The notes beneath the pieces are model-generated. The model was given only the letters and a program-made list of their open reading frames with translations, did not search any database and was not told where the DNA came from. The translations under genes and the position numbers were made by a program. A stretch of DNA of 64,000 bases from Escherichia coli (GTDB taxonomy: Bacteria > Pseudomonadota > Gammaproteobacteria > Enterobacterales > Enterobacteriaceae): the NCBI RefSeq assembly GCF_003334405.1, contig NZ_QOWM01000005.1; one strand, written 5' to 3'. This document shows, in pieces, positions 49,248 to 60,275 of this stretch; positions within the stretch are counted from its first letter, which is position 1; every line of letters starts with the position of its first letter.

Positions 49248-50723
49248 ATGAATACCCAGTATAATTCCAGTTATATATTTTCGATTACCTTAGTCGCTAC
49301 ATTAGGTGGTTTATTATTTGGCTACGACACCGCCGTTATTTCCGGTACTGTTGAGTCACTCAATACCGTCTTTGTTGCTCCACAAAACTTAAGTGAATCC
49401 GCTGCCAACTCCCTGTTAGGGTTTTGCGTGGCCAGCGCTCTGATTGGTTGCATCATCGGCGGTGCCCTCGGTGGTTATTGCAGTAACCGCTTCGGTCGTC
49501 GTGATTCACTTAAGATTGCTGCTGTCCTGTTTTTTATTTCTGGTGTAGGTTCTGCCTGGCCAGAACTTGGTTTTACCTCTATAAACCCGGACAACACTGT
49601 GCCTGTTTATCTGGCAGGTTATGTCCCGGAATTTGTTATTTATCGCATTATTGGCGGTATTGGCGTTGGTTTAGCCTCAATGCTCTCGCCAATGTATATT
49701 GCGGAACTGGCTCCAGCTCATATTCGCGGGAAACTGGTCTCTTTTAACCAGTTTGCGATTATTTTCGGGCAACTTTTAGTTTACTGCGTAAACTATTTTA
49801 TTGCCCGTTCCGGTGATGCCAGCTGGCTGAATACTGACGGCTGGCGTTATATGTTTGCCTCGGAATGTATCCCTGCACTGCTGTTCTTAATGCTGCTGTA
49901 TACCGTGCCAGAAAGTCCTCGCTGGCTGATGTCGCGCGGCAAGCAAGAACAGGCGGAAGGTATCCTGCGCAAAATTATGGGCAACACGCTTGCAACTCAG
50001 GCAGTACAGGAAATTAAACACTCCCTGGATCATGGCCGCAAAACCGGTGGTCGTCTGCTGATGTTTGGCGTGGGCGTGATTGTAATCGGCGTAATGCTCT
50101 CCATCTTCCAGCAATTTGTCGGCATCAATGTGGTGCTGTACTACGCGCCGGAAGTGTTCAAAACGCTGGGGGCCAGCACGGATATCGCGCTGTTGCAGAC
50201 CATTATTGTCGGAGTTATCAACCTCACCTTCACCGTTCTGGCAATTATGACGGTGGATAAATTTGGTCGTAAGCCACTGCAAATTATCGGCGCACTCGGA
50301 ATGGCAATCGGTATGTTTAGCCTCGGTACCGCGTTTTACACTCAGGCACCGGGTATTGTGGCGCTACTGTCGATGCTGTTCTATGTTGCCGCCTTTGCCA
50401 TGTCCTGGGGTCCGGTATGCTGGGTACTGCTGTCGGAAATCTTCCCGAATGCTATTCGTGGTAAAGCGCTGGCAATCGCGGTGGCGGCCCAGTGGCTGGC
50501 GAACTACTTCGTCTCCTGGACCTTCCCGATGATGGACAAAAACTCCTGGCTGGTGGCCCATTTCCACAACGGTTTCTCCTACTGGATTTACGGTTGTATG
50601 GGCGTTCTGGCAGCACTGTTTATGTGGAAATTTGTCCCGGAAACCAAAGGTAAAACCCTTGAGGAGCTGGAAGCGCTCTGGGAACCGGAAACGAAGAAAA
50701 CACAACAAACTGCTACGCTGTAA
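49248..50723 (+). CDS. xylE: D-xylose:proton symporter (MFS sugar porter)
   Basis: ORF 49248..50723 (491 aa); MFS sugar-porter motifs (GRR, PESPRW). Confidence 0.96.
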   Translation: MNTQYNSSYIFSITLVATLGGLLFGYDTAVISGTVESLNTVFVAPQNLSESAANSLLGFCVASALIGCIIGGALGGYCSNRFGRRDSLKIAAVLFFISGVGSAWPELGFTSINPDNTVPVYLAGYVPEFVIYRIIGGIGVGLASMLSPMYIAELAPAHIRGKLVSFNQFAIIFGQLLVYCVNYFIARSGDASWLNTDGWRYMFASECIPALLFLMLLYTVPESPRWLMSRGKQEQAEGILRKIMGNTLATQAVQEIKHSLDHGRKTGGRLLMFGVGVIVIGVMLSIFQQFVGINVVLYYAPEVFKTLGASTDIALLQTIIVGVINLTFTVLAIMTVDKFGRKPLQIIGALGMAIGMFSLGTAFYTQAPGIVALLSMLFYVAAFAMSWGPVCWVLLSEIFPNAIRGKALAIAVAAQWLANYFVSWTFPMMDKNSWLVAHFHNGFSYWIYGCMGVLAALFMWKFVPETKGKTLEELEALWEPETKKTQQTATL

Positions 50724-50733
50724 TCTTCCTGTC

Positions 50734-50768
50734 CAGCACGCCGCGCCATTTCGGCGTGCTGACTTTTT
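50734..50768. terminator. Terminator hairpin between convergent xylE and psiE
   Basis: cagcacgccg-N8-cggcgtgctg stem plus TTTTT; abuts psiE stop codon. Confidence 0.75.
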
Positions 50769-51177
50769 ACTCCCGCTTCAGCCGTTTCGAATTACACAGC
50801 CACAGGGTGATCACCAGTAACAGGATCGCAGCCGAGTAGATCAACACATCCAGTGGCGATTTATGATCGACGATGATCAAGCGCACAATGGCGGTGATCC
50901 CAATATAGACAAAGTAACGTAGCGGGAAGTGAAAACCGGACTGAAAGTACTTCACAATCAGCGCGATAAATTCGAAATAGAGAAAGTAAACCACCAGTCC
51001 TTCTACCAGCTCATATTTGCTGGTTTGTTCTGGCGCGAACAGCACATCAGCCAGATGCACCGTTTCTTTGCCGAGGAAGACAACCAAAATCAGGCCGAGG
51101 CACAGCAGGCCAAGATTGAGTACGGTCTGCAAAATGGTGGAGATAAACTCCACGCGCGGACGAGAGAGTGACGTCAT
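50767..51177 (-). CDS. psiE: Phosphate-starvation-inducible inner-membrane protein PsiE
   Basis: ORF 50767..51177 (136 aa); four hydrophobic helices. Confidence 0.9.
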
Positions 51178-51308
51178 AGCAGTACCTCCTTCACAGTGGC
51201 GAGCTTCCTGTATAACGCAAAAATGTGACGGAGATCTATATTTTTTGTGTATGTTTTGTTCAACCTGGATTTGGAGCGCGCCTCCACCAAAGCCGGATAT
51301 ACCTACCC

Positions 51309-51346
51309 GTAGGCCGGATAAGCCGCGCCTGGCGGCGCATCCGGCA
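51309..51346. repeat. REP-like palindrome in psiE-yjbT spacer
   Basis: gtaggccggataagccgcgcctggcggcgcatccggca; nearby 13-bp perfect palindrome ggagcgcgcctcc at about 51271-51283. Confidence 0.7.
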
Positions 51347-51446
51347 AGACAAACCGCACCAAAGCCGGTAATTCAAAAATCACCCATTCAGGTGATTCCC
51401 AGCCACCAGCAATGCGCGAAAAATCGACAATGTTCCTCTGGAACAA

Positions 51447-51725
51447 ATGAAACGTAACCTGATAAAGGTGGTAAAAATGAAGCCTTATTTTGCTGCTTTG
51501 ATGTTATCAGTCTCTGTTCTTCCTGCTTATGCTGGTCCGCTCGGTACTGCTGATAAAGCCGACCTACCGCAAAGCAATGTCTCCAGCCCAATGATGGCCC
51601 AGTCGCTCAGGCAACCAGACCTGCAACCGATATCGACGGACAGGAAGACAGAATGTTTTCGCCTTTACACACCAGATCGCAAACCGGGAGTGAACTGCGT
51701 TCCTGATGGCTCGACAGGCCATTAA
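51447..51725 (+). CDS. yjbT: Small secreted hypothetical protein YjbT
   Basis: ORF 51447..51725 (92 aa); second ATG at 51477 has the better Shine-Dalgarno (AAGGTGG) and would give 82 aa starting with a signal peptide. Confidence 0.55.
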   Translation: MKRNLIKVVKMKPYFAALMLSVSVLPAYAGPLGTADKADLPQSNVSSPMMAQSLRQPDLQPISTDRKTECFRLYTPDRKPGVNCVPDGSTGH

Positions 51726-51771
51726 GAATGAAGGTGCCAGTGAGTGCGAAAACTGGCACCTTTCCCATGAC

Positions 51772-53868
51772 TTAGCGGAAATTGACGCTACGGTCGCTGG
51801 TCATGTCATACAACTGGAACTTACGCCCAAGTTGCTGACCACCGTCACGCGTCAGCGGCGTCCAGCCAATCGCCGCACGGCTGCGTGTCGGGCCAGACGA
51901 GAAGAGATCCAACGGTACCGAGACATACACGCCTTTGGTGAAGTCCCCTTCGCCGTACTCCTCTTTCGAAACATTAGTGATCGTGGCATAGCCACCCACC
52001 ACCACGCCGCTATCAAAGCGTTTGGCGATCTCCAGCGTGCCGCCTTTATCCCCTGCCAGATACTGCCCGACGCTGGCTTTAACTAACACATCCTGAGCGA
52101 AAGATGGCGTCCAGTAGGCGGTCAGATGTCCGGTTTTCACGCTGTAGTCGGTGAATTTCATCATATCTTTTGCACTACGCCAGTCGCGCTGTTTAACGTA
52201 GTTGGCATCCAGACCAAACGCCCAGTTGCTGTCCAGCGGGCGATACAACACTTCTGCCCCCGCACCGCCAAACATGGTTTCGAGATAACCACCGTAGACC
52301 TGACCGTAGAAGCCGTTGCCCAGATGCTGGAAGTAGTTGGCTTGCAGGTTATTCACATAGACATCGTTCTGCACATACTCGCGCACATGGGTACGCACGC
52401 GCGGTAAGTGCGAGTCCTGCGGAGGATTAGTGTAGTTAAACTTGTCGTAGTTGTTGGCAAGATTTGCAAACAGGCTGCCGGTGGTCAGCAGATGGTCCGT
52501 CAGCCACAAATCTGCCGTTCCCATCACGCCCAGCTGATACATGTAAAAGTTTTCCGGGCCACCGACCGACTGGTTCAGCACCGGATCGATATGGAAATCA
52601 AAGCGTGATTTGTCGATATACCAGCCCTGCTCGGTGGACTGCGGAACCACTGGCTCGACGCGTTTTTGCGCCAGCGTCGTTTCGTGGCCCAACGGCTCTC
52701 CGGCGAGATGATTTTTCAGGCTGGCGACATCGGTTTCCGTCGTCACCTGCGGCATGTTAAGGCGATTTTCCGTAATGCGGATCGTTTTGATCCCATCCGG
52801 CAGATCGTTCATCACGATCCGATTCGCACGGATGATCCCTTCGCGCGAATCACGATATTTCACCTGCTCGCCGGTAACATACAGCGTATCGCCTTTCGCC
52901 TGGATCTGTGGATCGGCAAGTCCGGCATTGTATTTCAACAGCGTTAACTGATTCGCCACCACCGAATGCTGCAAAATGGCATCCTGCGGCTGCGGTTGAT
53001 ATTGCGGGCGGGCGTTATCGTTGTAAGACGGGCGCAGATCGTTAAAGTTGGTGCGCAACGTAACGCCAAACATAAAGGTGTTGCCACGTTCATAGCTAAG
53101 GTTAACGTCGGCCCAATCGGTAACGCGATAAATCGCACCGACGTTAAACTTACTTTTTTGCTCCAGCTTCCCGGCAAAATCCTGCTGATAATTATTGCCT
53201 TCATACTCCAGTTTCAGGCGCAGCGGTTGCCAGGGCGTCTGGTATTCCACGCCGCCAAACAGTGAGGCAGGACCGTGGAACATCTGGCTACCGTCGATAG
53301 ATCCCGCCTGTTTGTAGCTGTTATCGCGATAGCAATATTTATCACTGGCTGAACAGAGCGGATTTTTCACATTACCGCTGGTGCCCAAATATCCCCAGCC
53401 CAGGCCGAGCGTAAAATCGAACGGCCCCCAGGCTTTGCTGGCAACAAGATATTCCGCATCAAACAGCCCCGTACCGCCGATATCCCGCGCACCAACCGCC
53501 ACTTGCGGCAGCCAGTAACTCTCTTCCCACAAACGCAGTTTGAGATCGAAGGCTTTATCTTTATACGTTTGATCGCCAGAGAACGCTTCGACGCTGCTGT
53601 ACTGCCGGGTGCGCACGTCGGTGTAGCGCAGCGTTGTTTCCAGCCACGGGAAGAGTTGCACTGAAGCTGAGTAATAACGGTACTGATCGTTATCGCGATA
53701 GTTCAGACTCAACTCCCCTTCCCGTGCCATACGCGCGGTGGGCGTTTGTAATAATCCTACGCCACCGAAATCCGACTGCGACGGACCAATGGGCGCAGGA
53801 TATGTTTCGCCGTAGCAAGCTGTGCTAATGCCCAGCGCCAGTAAGCTAAGCAGATGTCTTTTTTTCAT
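51772..53868 (-). CDS. yjbH: YjbH, large outer-membrane beta-barrel-like protein of the yjbEFGH exopolysaccharide-associated operon
   Basis: ORF 51772..53868 (698 aa); signal peptide, aromatic-rich C-terminus ending in F; start overlaps yjbG stop (TAATG). Confidence 0.85.
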   Translation of the reverse strand: MKKRHLLSLLALGISTACYGETYPAPIGPSQSDFGGVGLLQTPTARMAREGELSLNYRDNDQYRYYSASVQLFPWLETTLRYTDVRTRQYSSVEAFSGDQTYKDKAFDLKLRLWEESYWLPQVAVGARDIGGTGLFDAEYLVASKAWGPFDFTLGLGWGYLGTSGNVKNPLCSASDKYCYRDNSYKQAGSIDGSQMFHGPASLFGGVEYQTPWQPLRLKLEYEGNNYQQDFAGKLEQKSKFNVGAIYRVTDWADVNLSYERGNTFMFGVTLRTNFNDLRPSYNDNARPQYQPQPQDAILQHSVVANQLTLLKYNAGLADPQIQAKGDTLYVTGEQVKYRDSREGIIRANRIVMNDLPDGIKTIRITENRLNMPQVTTETDVASLKNHLAGEPLGHETTLAQKRVEPVVPQSTEQGWYIDKSRFDFHIDPVLNQSVGGPENFYMYQLGVMGTADLWLTDHLLTTGSLFANLANNYDKFNYTNPPQDSHLPRVRTHVREYVQNDVYVNNLQANYFQHLGNGFYGQVYGGYLETMFGGAGAEVLYRPLDSNWAFGLDANYVKQRDWRSAKDMMKFTDYSVKTGHLTAYWTPSFAQDVLVKASVGQYLAGDKGGTLEIAKRFDSGVVVGGYATITNVSKEEYGEGDFTKGVYVSVPLDLFSSGPTRSRAAIGWTPLTRDGGQQLGRKFQLYDMTSDRSVNFR

Positions 53869-54605
53869 TATTGAGGTATCCGCTGCGTCAGAGTCTGAAG
53901 AATGTCGGCGTTAAGGGCATCAGGCGTCTCACTCCAGACGGAGTCCGCGAGGCCAACATAAATAATGCTGCCGGGCATCGGCTCTACGTGACGCTTGTTC
54001 CAGTAAGCCACCGGCGCTTTTTGCGTGCGTCCGTCCGGGTAAACCACCCACGCGTAGCTGCGATCCGCACCGCTGAGCAGGCTCTGGTCAGAGAGATAGC
54101 TCGCCACGTCGCGACCTGGAGTGAATGGCTGCTTGCCAGGACGGCTGATAAGCCCGAACAACGTGACCGTGGACGGCGGTGGTCCGACCCACAGCGTGTA
54201 GTTGCCCTGCAACGGCGGGTTACCGCGTTCGGCAACGCGGACGATATCGGGATCAAGATTGATTTTTTGCCTGCCCGTCACTTTCAACGCCTGAATTTGC
54301 TGGCGTAAGGCGTTAATCGCAGCGGCATCGTCGGCGCTGGAATCTGCGCCCTGTTCTGCCAGCCGTGTCAGCAACGCCTGCTGCTGACGCAATGCTGCCG
54401 CCGTTGCCAGCTCTTCGCTAATCACCGCACCGGGCCACCAGCTGTTTGCCAGCCGCGGTTGGCCTACCAGATCGATTAAATGCTCTGCGCCCGTTAGCGT
54501 TTTGGCCTCACTGCTGCCATTGCTGAACACCTTGACGGTTCCTGCCGCGAAGACCGATGACGCTCCCACACTCAAAAGCAACGCGACAATAGTTTGTTTA
54601 ATCAT
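53868..54605 (-). CDS. yjbG: YjbG, periplasmic protein of the yjbEFGH operon
   Basis: ORF track 53868..54701; ATG at 54605 gives 245 aa with signal peptide; ATGA overlap with yjbF stop. Confidence 0.82.
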   Translation of the reverse strand: MIKQTIVALLLSVGASSVFAAGTVKVFSNGSSEAKTLTGAEHLIDLVGQPRLANSWWPGAVISEELATAAALRQQQALLTRLAEQGADSSADDAAAINALRQQIQALKVTGRQKINLDPDIVRVAERGNPPLQGNYTLWVGPPPSTVTLFGLISRPGKQPFTPGRDVASYLSDQSLLSGADRSYAWVVYPDGRTQKAPVAYWNKRHVEPMPGSIIYVGLADSVWSETPDALNADILQTLTQRIPQ

Positions 54606-55240
54606 TGTTTTGCCGCCTTGATGAGAGTGGTTTTCACCGGAAAATAATCCGCGCCGAGATACTGTTCCGACTGGCGAATTTGCCCTTCGCTGTCGATCCA
54701 ATAGCGGTTATGCCAGCGCGCCTGGTCGGTGGAGACTTCTTCGTCCAGCACGCGAACCGGGGTTTCATCGCTGCCGACTTTGACGGTATCGGTGCCATCC
54801 CATTTGAAGACTGAGCGTGCGGTGGCGTAGCGTACCTGCTGGTACTCGGTCCAGCCCATCGTGCGCGTCCAGCTTGCGCCATCAACGATTTGTGCGGGTT
54901 TAATCAGCGGGTCGGCAGCAAGGTTATTCACTTCAATCAGGTTGTCGCCGCCGAGCAGAGTCTTCACCAGACGGCCATGTTGGGTAACGAGAGTAGCCTG
55001 ATCCTGAGTGACCCATTTTTGTTGTCCGTCTTCAGCGAAGGCCAGCACCACAAATAACTGCGGCCCGCCATTAAGCTGCATGTACTGGCTGGCGTAGGGC
55101 ATATTTTGAATATCATCATCCGTCAGCTGTACGCCTGGCGTGCCGAACAGACTGTCCCACAGTGAATTGCCCAGCTCTTTAGTCGTGGCTGAACAGGCCT
55201 GTAATAACAGGCAGATAAGAATGAGTGCAGGTCGCTTCAC
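54602..55240 (-). CDS. yjbF: YjbF, predicted lipoprotein of the yjbEFGH operon
   Basis: ORF track 54602..55270; GTG at 55240 gives 212 aa beginning MKRPALILICLLLQAC (lipobox-like LQAC). Confidence 0.8.
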   Translation of the reverse strand: MKRPALILICLLLQACSATTKELGNSLWDSLFGTPGVQLTDDDIQNMPYASQYMQLNGGPQLFVVLAFAEDGQQKWVTQDQATLVTQHGRLVKTLLGGDNLIEVNNLAADPLIKPAQIVDGASWTRTMGWTEYQQVRYATARSVFKWDGTDTVKVGSDETPVRVLDEEVSTDQARWHNRYWIDSEGQIRQSEQYLGADYFPVKTTLIKAAKQ

Positions 55241-55353
55241 GACTCTTCTCCAGAGGGGCAGAATAACCACACCGGAGTGTGGTTATGGTTAATCCCTTCA
55301 TACTTCTAGCCACAGATGCAATGACTCGAATTATTTTGGGGATACATACTTTA

Positions 55354-55596
55354 TTACTGGGTACTGGTGGTCGTGGTTGTGGTGGTCCCGGTATTAGAAC
55401 CATCACCGCCACCGGTTGCCGCAAGCGCGACACCCACCGCCGAGCTTACGGTGCTGACGCTGGTCGCGGAGGAACTCCCCGCCGAAACCGACGTTGCTGC
55501 CGACCCTGCCGCTTCGCCCACCTGTACAGGTGCAGCCCACGCAGAAGTCGCCGCAAGCGCAGATATGGCAAAAATGCCATACAGAACTTTTTTCAT
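55354..55596 (-). CDS. yjbE: YjbE, small secreted Ser/Thr/Gly/Ala-rich low-complexity protein
   Basis: ORF 55354..55596 (80 aa); signal peptide then low-complexity tract ending in a poly-Thr run. Confidence 0.75.
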
Positions 55597-55902
55597 AACA
55601 ATTTCCCTTCATTGAATGAATGGAGATTTACCCAAAAACATTTCGGGCGGGATCGAGTATACACAACTAAAGCATGCGAATTACGGCGCGGGGAATTAGC
55701 GATGGCGTTTTAGGATAATTGGAATGAATATCAAATATAAGTTTCAACTTATATTTAAATAACAATAAAAATCATAAACTTAAAATAAAAACAAAAGCAA
55801 TTAATCTGCGTATTTTCCGAAATAAACAACGATTAAAAATCTATTTTAGGATTAACCTCATGGTATGATTTCCGTTAAATCACAGACAAGGGGATTTATC
55901 TG

Positions 55903-55931
55903 ATAAAAAAATGCCGACATAACGTCGGCAT
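55903..55931 (-). terminator. Rho-independent terminator of pgi
   Basis: atgccgac-ataac-gtcggcat stem; minus strand followed by TTTTTTT. Confidence 0.8.
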
Positions 55932-56004
55932 TGTTATTAAGGTTATTTAATCAATCGTGCTATGTATTAATTGCCGAATACGATGTACATATCGGCATCG
56001 ACCT

Positions 56005-56081
56005 GTAGGCCTGATAAGACGCGACCGCGTCGCATCAGGCATCGGTTGCCGGATGCGGCGTGAACGCCTTATCCGGCCTAC
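56005..56081. repeat. REP/BIME pair between pgi stop and its terminator
   Basis: gtaggcctgataagacgcgaccgcgtcgcatcaggc and gccggatgcggcgtgaacgccttatccggcctac. Confidence 0.85.
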
Positions 56082-56094
56082 ATATCGACGATGA

Positions 56095-57744
56095 TTAACC
56101 GCGCCACGCTTTATAGCGGTTAATCAGACCATTGGTCGAGCTATCGTGGCTGCTGATTTCTTTATCATCTTTCAGCTCTGGCAGAATACGGTTCGCCAGC
56201 TGTTTACCCAGTTCCACGCCCCACTGGTCGAAGGTGAAGATGTTCAGGATCACGCCCTGAGTAAAGATTTTGTGCTCATACAGCGCAATCAACGCACCCA
56301 GGCTGAACGGAGTGATTTCACGCAGCAGGATGGAGTTGGTCGGGCGGTTACCTTCGAATACTTTGAACGGCACCACGTAGTCAAGCGTTGCCGGATCTTT
56401 ACCCTGATCACGATATTCCTGCTCAACCACTTCGCGGGATTTACCAAACGCCAGCGCTTCGGTCTGGGCGAAGAAGTTAGACAGCAGTTTCTGGTGATGA
56501 TCAGAGAGCGGGTTATGGGTGATAGCCGGAGCGATGAAATCGCACGGTACCATTTTGGTTCCCTGGTGGATCAGCTGGTAGAACGCGTGCTGACCGTTAG
56601 TGCCTGGTTCACCCCAGATAATCGGGCCAGTCTGGTAATCCACAACGTTACCGTTACGGTCAACATACTTACCGTTGGACTCCATATTGCCCTGCTGGAA
56701 GTACGCCGCGAAACGGTGCATATACTGGTCATACGGCAGAATCGCTTCAGTTTCCGCACCAAAGAAATTGTTGTACCAGATGCCAATCAGCGCCAGCAGT
56801 ACAGGCAGGTTTTTCTCGGCAGGCGTGGTGGAGAAATGCTTGTCCATCGCGTGTGCGCCGGAAAGCAGTTCAACGAAGTTATCAAAGCCGATGGAGAGAA
56901 CAATCGACAGGCCAATCGCTGACCACAAAGAGTAACGGCCGCCAACCCAGTCCCAGAACTCGAACATGTTGGCAGTATCAATACCAAACTCGCCAACGGC
57001 TTTGGCATTGGTGGAAAGCGCCGCAAAGTGTTTTGCAACGTGTTTTTCATCACCTGCCGCTTTCAGGAACCAGTCACGCGCGCTATGGGCGTTGGTCATA
57101 GTTTCCTGAGTGGTGAAGGTTTTAGATGCTACCAGGAACAGCGTGGTTTCCGGGTTTACTTTTTTCAGCACTTCCGCGATGTGAGTCCCATCGACGTTAG
57201 AAACAAAGTGCATGTTCAGGTGGTTTTTGTACGGACGCAGAGCTTCGGTCACCATGTATGGGCCGAGGTCAGAACCGCCGATCCCGATGTTCACTACGTC
57301 AGTGATTGCTTTGCCGGTATAACCTTTCCACTCACCGGAAATAATCGCTTCTGAGAAGGTTTTCATCTTCTCCAGCACCGCGTTGACTTCCGGCATTACG
57401 TCTTTGCCATCAACCAAAATCGGGGTATTGCTACGGTTACGCAGCGCTACGTGCAGCACGGCGCGGTTTTCAGTGCGGTTGATCTTCTCGCCAGAGAACA
57501 TCGACTTAATCGCGCCCGCCAGATCGCACTCTTTCGCCAGATCCTGTAATTTCGCCAGCGTCTCTTCAGTGATGCGGTTTTTGGAGTAATCCACCAGCAT
57601 CTGATCGTCGAAGGTTGCGGAGAACTTAGAAAAACGATCGCCGTCTTTAGCAAAAAGATCGGCGATCGTAACGTCTTTCATTTCATCGAAGTGTTTCTGT
57701 AGTGCCTGCCAGGCAGCGGTCTGCGTTGGATTGATGTTTTTCAT
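56095..57744 (-). CDS. pgi: Glucose-6-phosphate isomerase
   Basis: ORF track 56095..57750; ATG at 57744 gives 549 aa; PGI family sequence. Confidence 0.97.
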
Positions 57745-57984
57745 TAGCAATACTCTTCTGATTTTGAGAATTGTGACTTTGGAAGATTGTAGCGCCAGTC
57801 ACAGAAAAATGTGATGGTTTTAGTGCCGTTAGCGTAATGTTGAGTGTAAACCCTTAGCGCAGTGAAGCATTTATTAGCTGAACTACTGACCGCCAGGAGT
57901 GGATGAAAAATCCGCATGACCCCATCGTTGACAACCGCCCCGCTCACCCTTTATTTATAAATGTACTACCTGCGCTAGCGCAGG

Positions 57985-58210
57985 CCAGAAGAGGCGCGTT
58001 GCCCAAGTAACGGTGTTGGAGGAGCCAGTCCTGTGATAACACCTGAGGGGGTGCATCGCCGAGGTGATTGAACGGCTGGCCACGTTCATCATCGGCTACA
58101 GGGGCTGAATCCCCTGGGTTGTCACCAGAAGCGTTCGCAGTCGGGCGTTTCGCAAGTGGTGGAGCACTTCTGGGTGAAAATAGTAGCGAAGTATCGCTCT
58201 GCGCCCACCC
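57985..58210 (+). promoter_or_regulatory. Lysine riboswitch (L-box) in lysC 5' leader
   Basis: Leader begins with AGAGGCGC and contains GGTGAAA...CGAAG...CGCC segments characteristic of the L-box; about 280 nt untranslated leader before lysC ATG; boundaries approximate. Confidence 0.7.
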
Positions 58211-58268
58211 GTCTTCCGCTCTTCCCTTGTGCCAAGGCTGAAAATGGATCCCCTGACACGAGGTAGTT

Positions 58269-59618
58269 ATGTCTGAAATTGTTGTCTCCAAATTTGGCGG
58301 TACCAGCGTAGCTGATTTTGACGCCATGAACCGCAGCGCTGATATTGTGCTTTCTGATGCCAACGTGCGTTTAGTTGTCCTCTCGGCTTCTGCTGGTATC
58401 ACTAATCTGCTGGTCGCTTTAGCTGAAGGACTGGAACCTGGCGAGCGATTCGAAAAACTCGACGCTATCCGCAACATCCAGTTTGCCATTCTGGAACGTC
58501 TGCGTTACCCGAACGTTATCCGTGAAGAGATTGAACGTCTGCTGGAGAACATTACTGTTCTGGCAGAAGCGGCGGCGCTGGCAACGTCTCCGGCGCTGAC
58601 AGATGAGCTGGTCAGCCACGGCGAGCTGATGTCGACCCTGCTGTTTGTTGAGATCCTGCGCGAACGCGATGTTCAGGCACAGTGGTTTGATGTACGTAAA
58701 GTGATGCGTACCAACGACCGATTTGGTCGTGCAGAGCCAGATATAGCCGCGCTGGCGGAACTGGCCGCGCTGCAGCTGCTCCCACGTCTCAATGAAGGCT
58801 TAGTGATCACCCAGGGATTTATCGGTAGCGAAAATAAAGGTCGTACAACGACGCTTGGCCGTGGAGGCAGCGATTATACGGCAGCCTTGCTGGCGGAGGC
58901 TTTACACGCATCTCGTGTTGATATCTGGACCGACGTCCCGGGCATCTACACCACCGATCCACGCGTAGTTTCCGCAGCAAAACGCATTGATGAAATCGCG
59001 TTTGCCGAAGCGGCAGAGATGGCAACTTTTGGTGCAAAAGTACTGCATCCGGCAACGTTGCTACCCGCAGTACGCAGCGATATCCCGGTCTTTGTCGGCT
59101 CCAGCAAAGACCCACGCGCAGGTGGTACGCTGGTGTGCAATAAAACTGAAAATCCGCCGCTGTTCCGCGCTCTGGCGCTTCGTCGCAATCAGACTCTGCT
59201 CACTTTGCACAGCCTGAATATGCTGCATTCTCGCGGTTTCCTCGCGGAAGTTTTCGGCATCCTCGCGCGGCATAATATTTCGGTAGACTTAATCACCACG
59301 TCAGAAGTGAGCGTGGCATTAACCCTTGATACCACCGGTTCAACCTCCACTGGCGATACGTTGCTGACGCAATCTCTGCTGATGGAGCTTTCCGCACTGT
59401 GTCGGGTGGAGGTGGAAGAAGGTCTGGCGCTGGTCGCGTTGATTGGCAATGACCTGTCAAAAGCCTGCGGCGTTGGCAAAGAGGTATTCGGCGTACTGGA
59501 ACCGTTCAACATTCGCATGATTTGTTATGGCGCATCCAGCCATAACCTGTGCTTCCTGGTGCCCGGCGAAGATGCCGAGCAGGTGGTGCAAAAACTGCAT
59601 AGTAATTTGTTTGAGTAA
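58269..59618 (+). CDS. lysC: Aspartokinase III (lysine-sensitive)
   Basis: ORF 58269..59618 (449 aa); KFGGTSV kinase motif, C-terminal ACT domains. Confidence 0.97.
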   Translation: MSEIVVSKFGGTSVADFDAMNRSADIVLSDANVRLVVLSASAGITNLLVALAEGLEPGERFEKLDAIRNIQFAILERLRYPNVIREEIERLLENITVLAEAAALATSPALTDELVSHGELMSTLLFVEILRERDVQAQWFDVRKVMRTNDRFGRAEPDIAALAELAALQLLPRLNEGLVITQGFIGSENKGRTTTLGRGGSDYTAALLAEALHASRVDIWTDVPGIYTTDPRVVSAAKRIDEIAFAEAAEMATFGAKVLHPATLLPAVRSDIPVFVGSSKDPRAGGTLVCNKTENPPLFRALALRRNQTLLTLHSLNMLHSRGFLAEVFGILARHNISVDLITTSEVSVALTLDTTGSTSTGDTLLTQSLLMELSALCRVEVEEGLALVALIGNDLSKACGVGKEVFGVLEPFNIRMICYGASSHNLCFLVPGEDAEQVVQKLHSNLFE

Positions 59619-59870
59619 ATACTGTATGGCCTGGAAGCTATATTTCGGGCCGTATTGATTTTCTTGTCACTATGCTCATCAATAAACGAGCCTGTACTCT
59701 GTTAACCAGCGTCTTTATCGGAGAATAATTGCCTTTAATTTTTTTATCTGCATCTCTAATTAATTATCGAAAGAGATAAATAGTTAAGAGAAGGCAAAAT
59801 GAATATTATCAGTTCTGCTCGCAAACGAATTCCCGTACACTGAACTCTCTGGCTCACTGAGGGCACCATC

Positions 59871-60143
59871 ATGGCACTCCCCCGTATTACCCAAAAAGAG
59901 ATGACTGAACGCGAGCAGCGTGAACTTAAAACACTGCTGGATCGGGCGCGGATTGCGCATGGTCGCGTATTGACCAACTCCGAAACCAACAGCATTAAGA
60001 AAGATTACATCGATAAATTAATGGTTGAGCGTGAGGCTGAAGCGAAAAAAGCCCGCCAGTTGAAGAAAAAGCAGGCTTATAAACCGGATCCTGAAGCGTC
60101 ATTTAGCTGGTCAGCAAATACGTCGACGCGCGGCAGGCGCTAA
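59871..60143 (+). CDS. yjbD: Small basic hypothetical protein YjbD (DUF3811-like)
   Basis: ORF 59871..60143 (90 aa); highly charged, coiled-coil-like. Confidence 0.75.
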   Translation: MALPRITQKEMTEREQRELKTLLDRARIAHGRVLTNSETNSIKKDYIDKLMVEREAEAKKARQLKKKQAYKPDPEASFSWSANTSTRGRR

Positions 60144-60275
60144 TCCACAATCAACGCCTGAGATTTTCACTCGTCAGTGTGAACACAATTTTCCCCTCAC
60201 CCTAACCCTTTTCCCGAAGGGGCGAGGGGACTGTCCGGGCACTTTTGGGCCGTTTTCATCAGTCTGAGGCGTTAA

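Noticed and set aside
52126-53265. Several plus-strand ORFs of 66-99 aa inside yjbH
   Set aside because: Antisense to the 698-aa yjbH frame
56146-56922. 258-aa plus-strand ORF inside pgi
   Set aside because: Antisense to pgi
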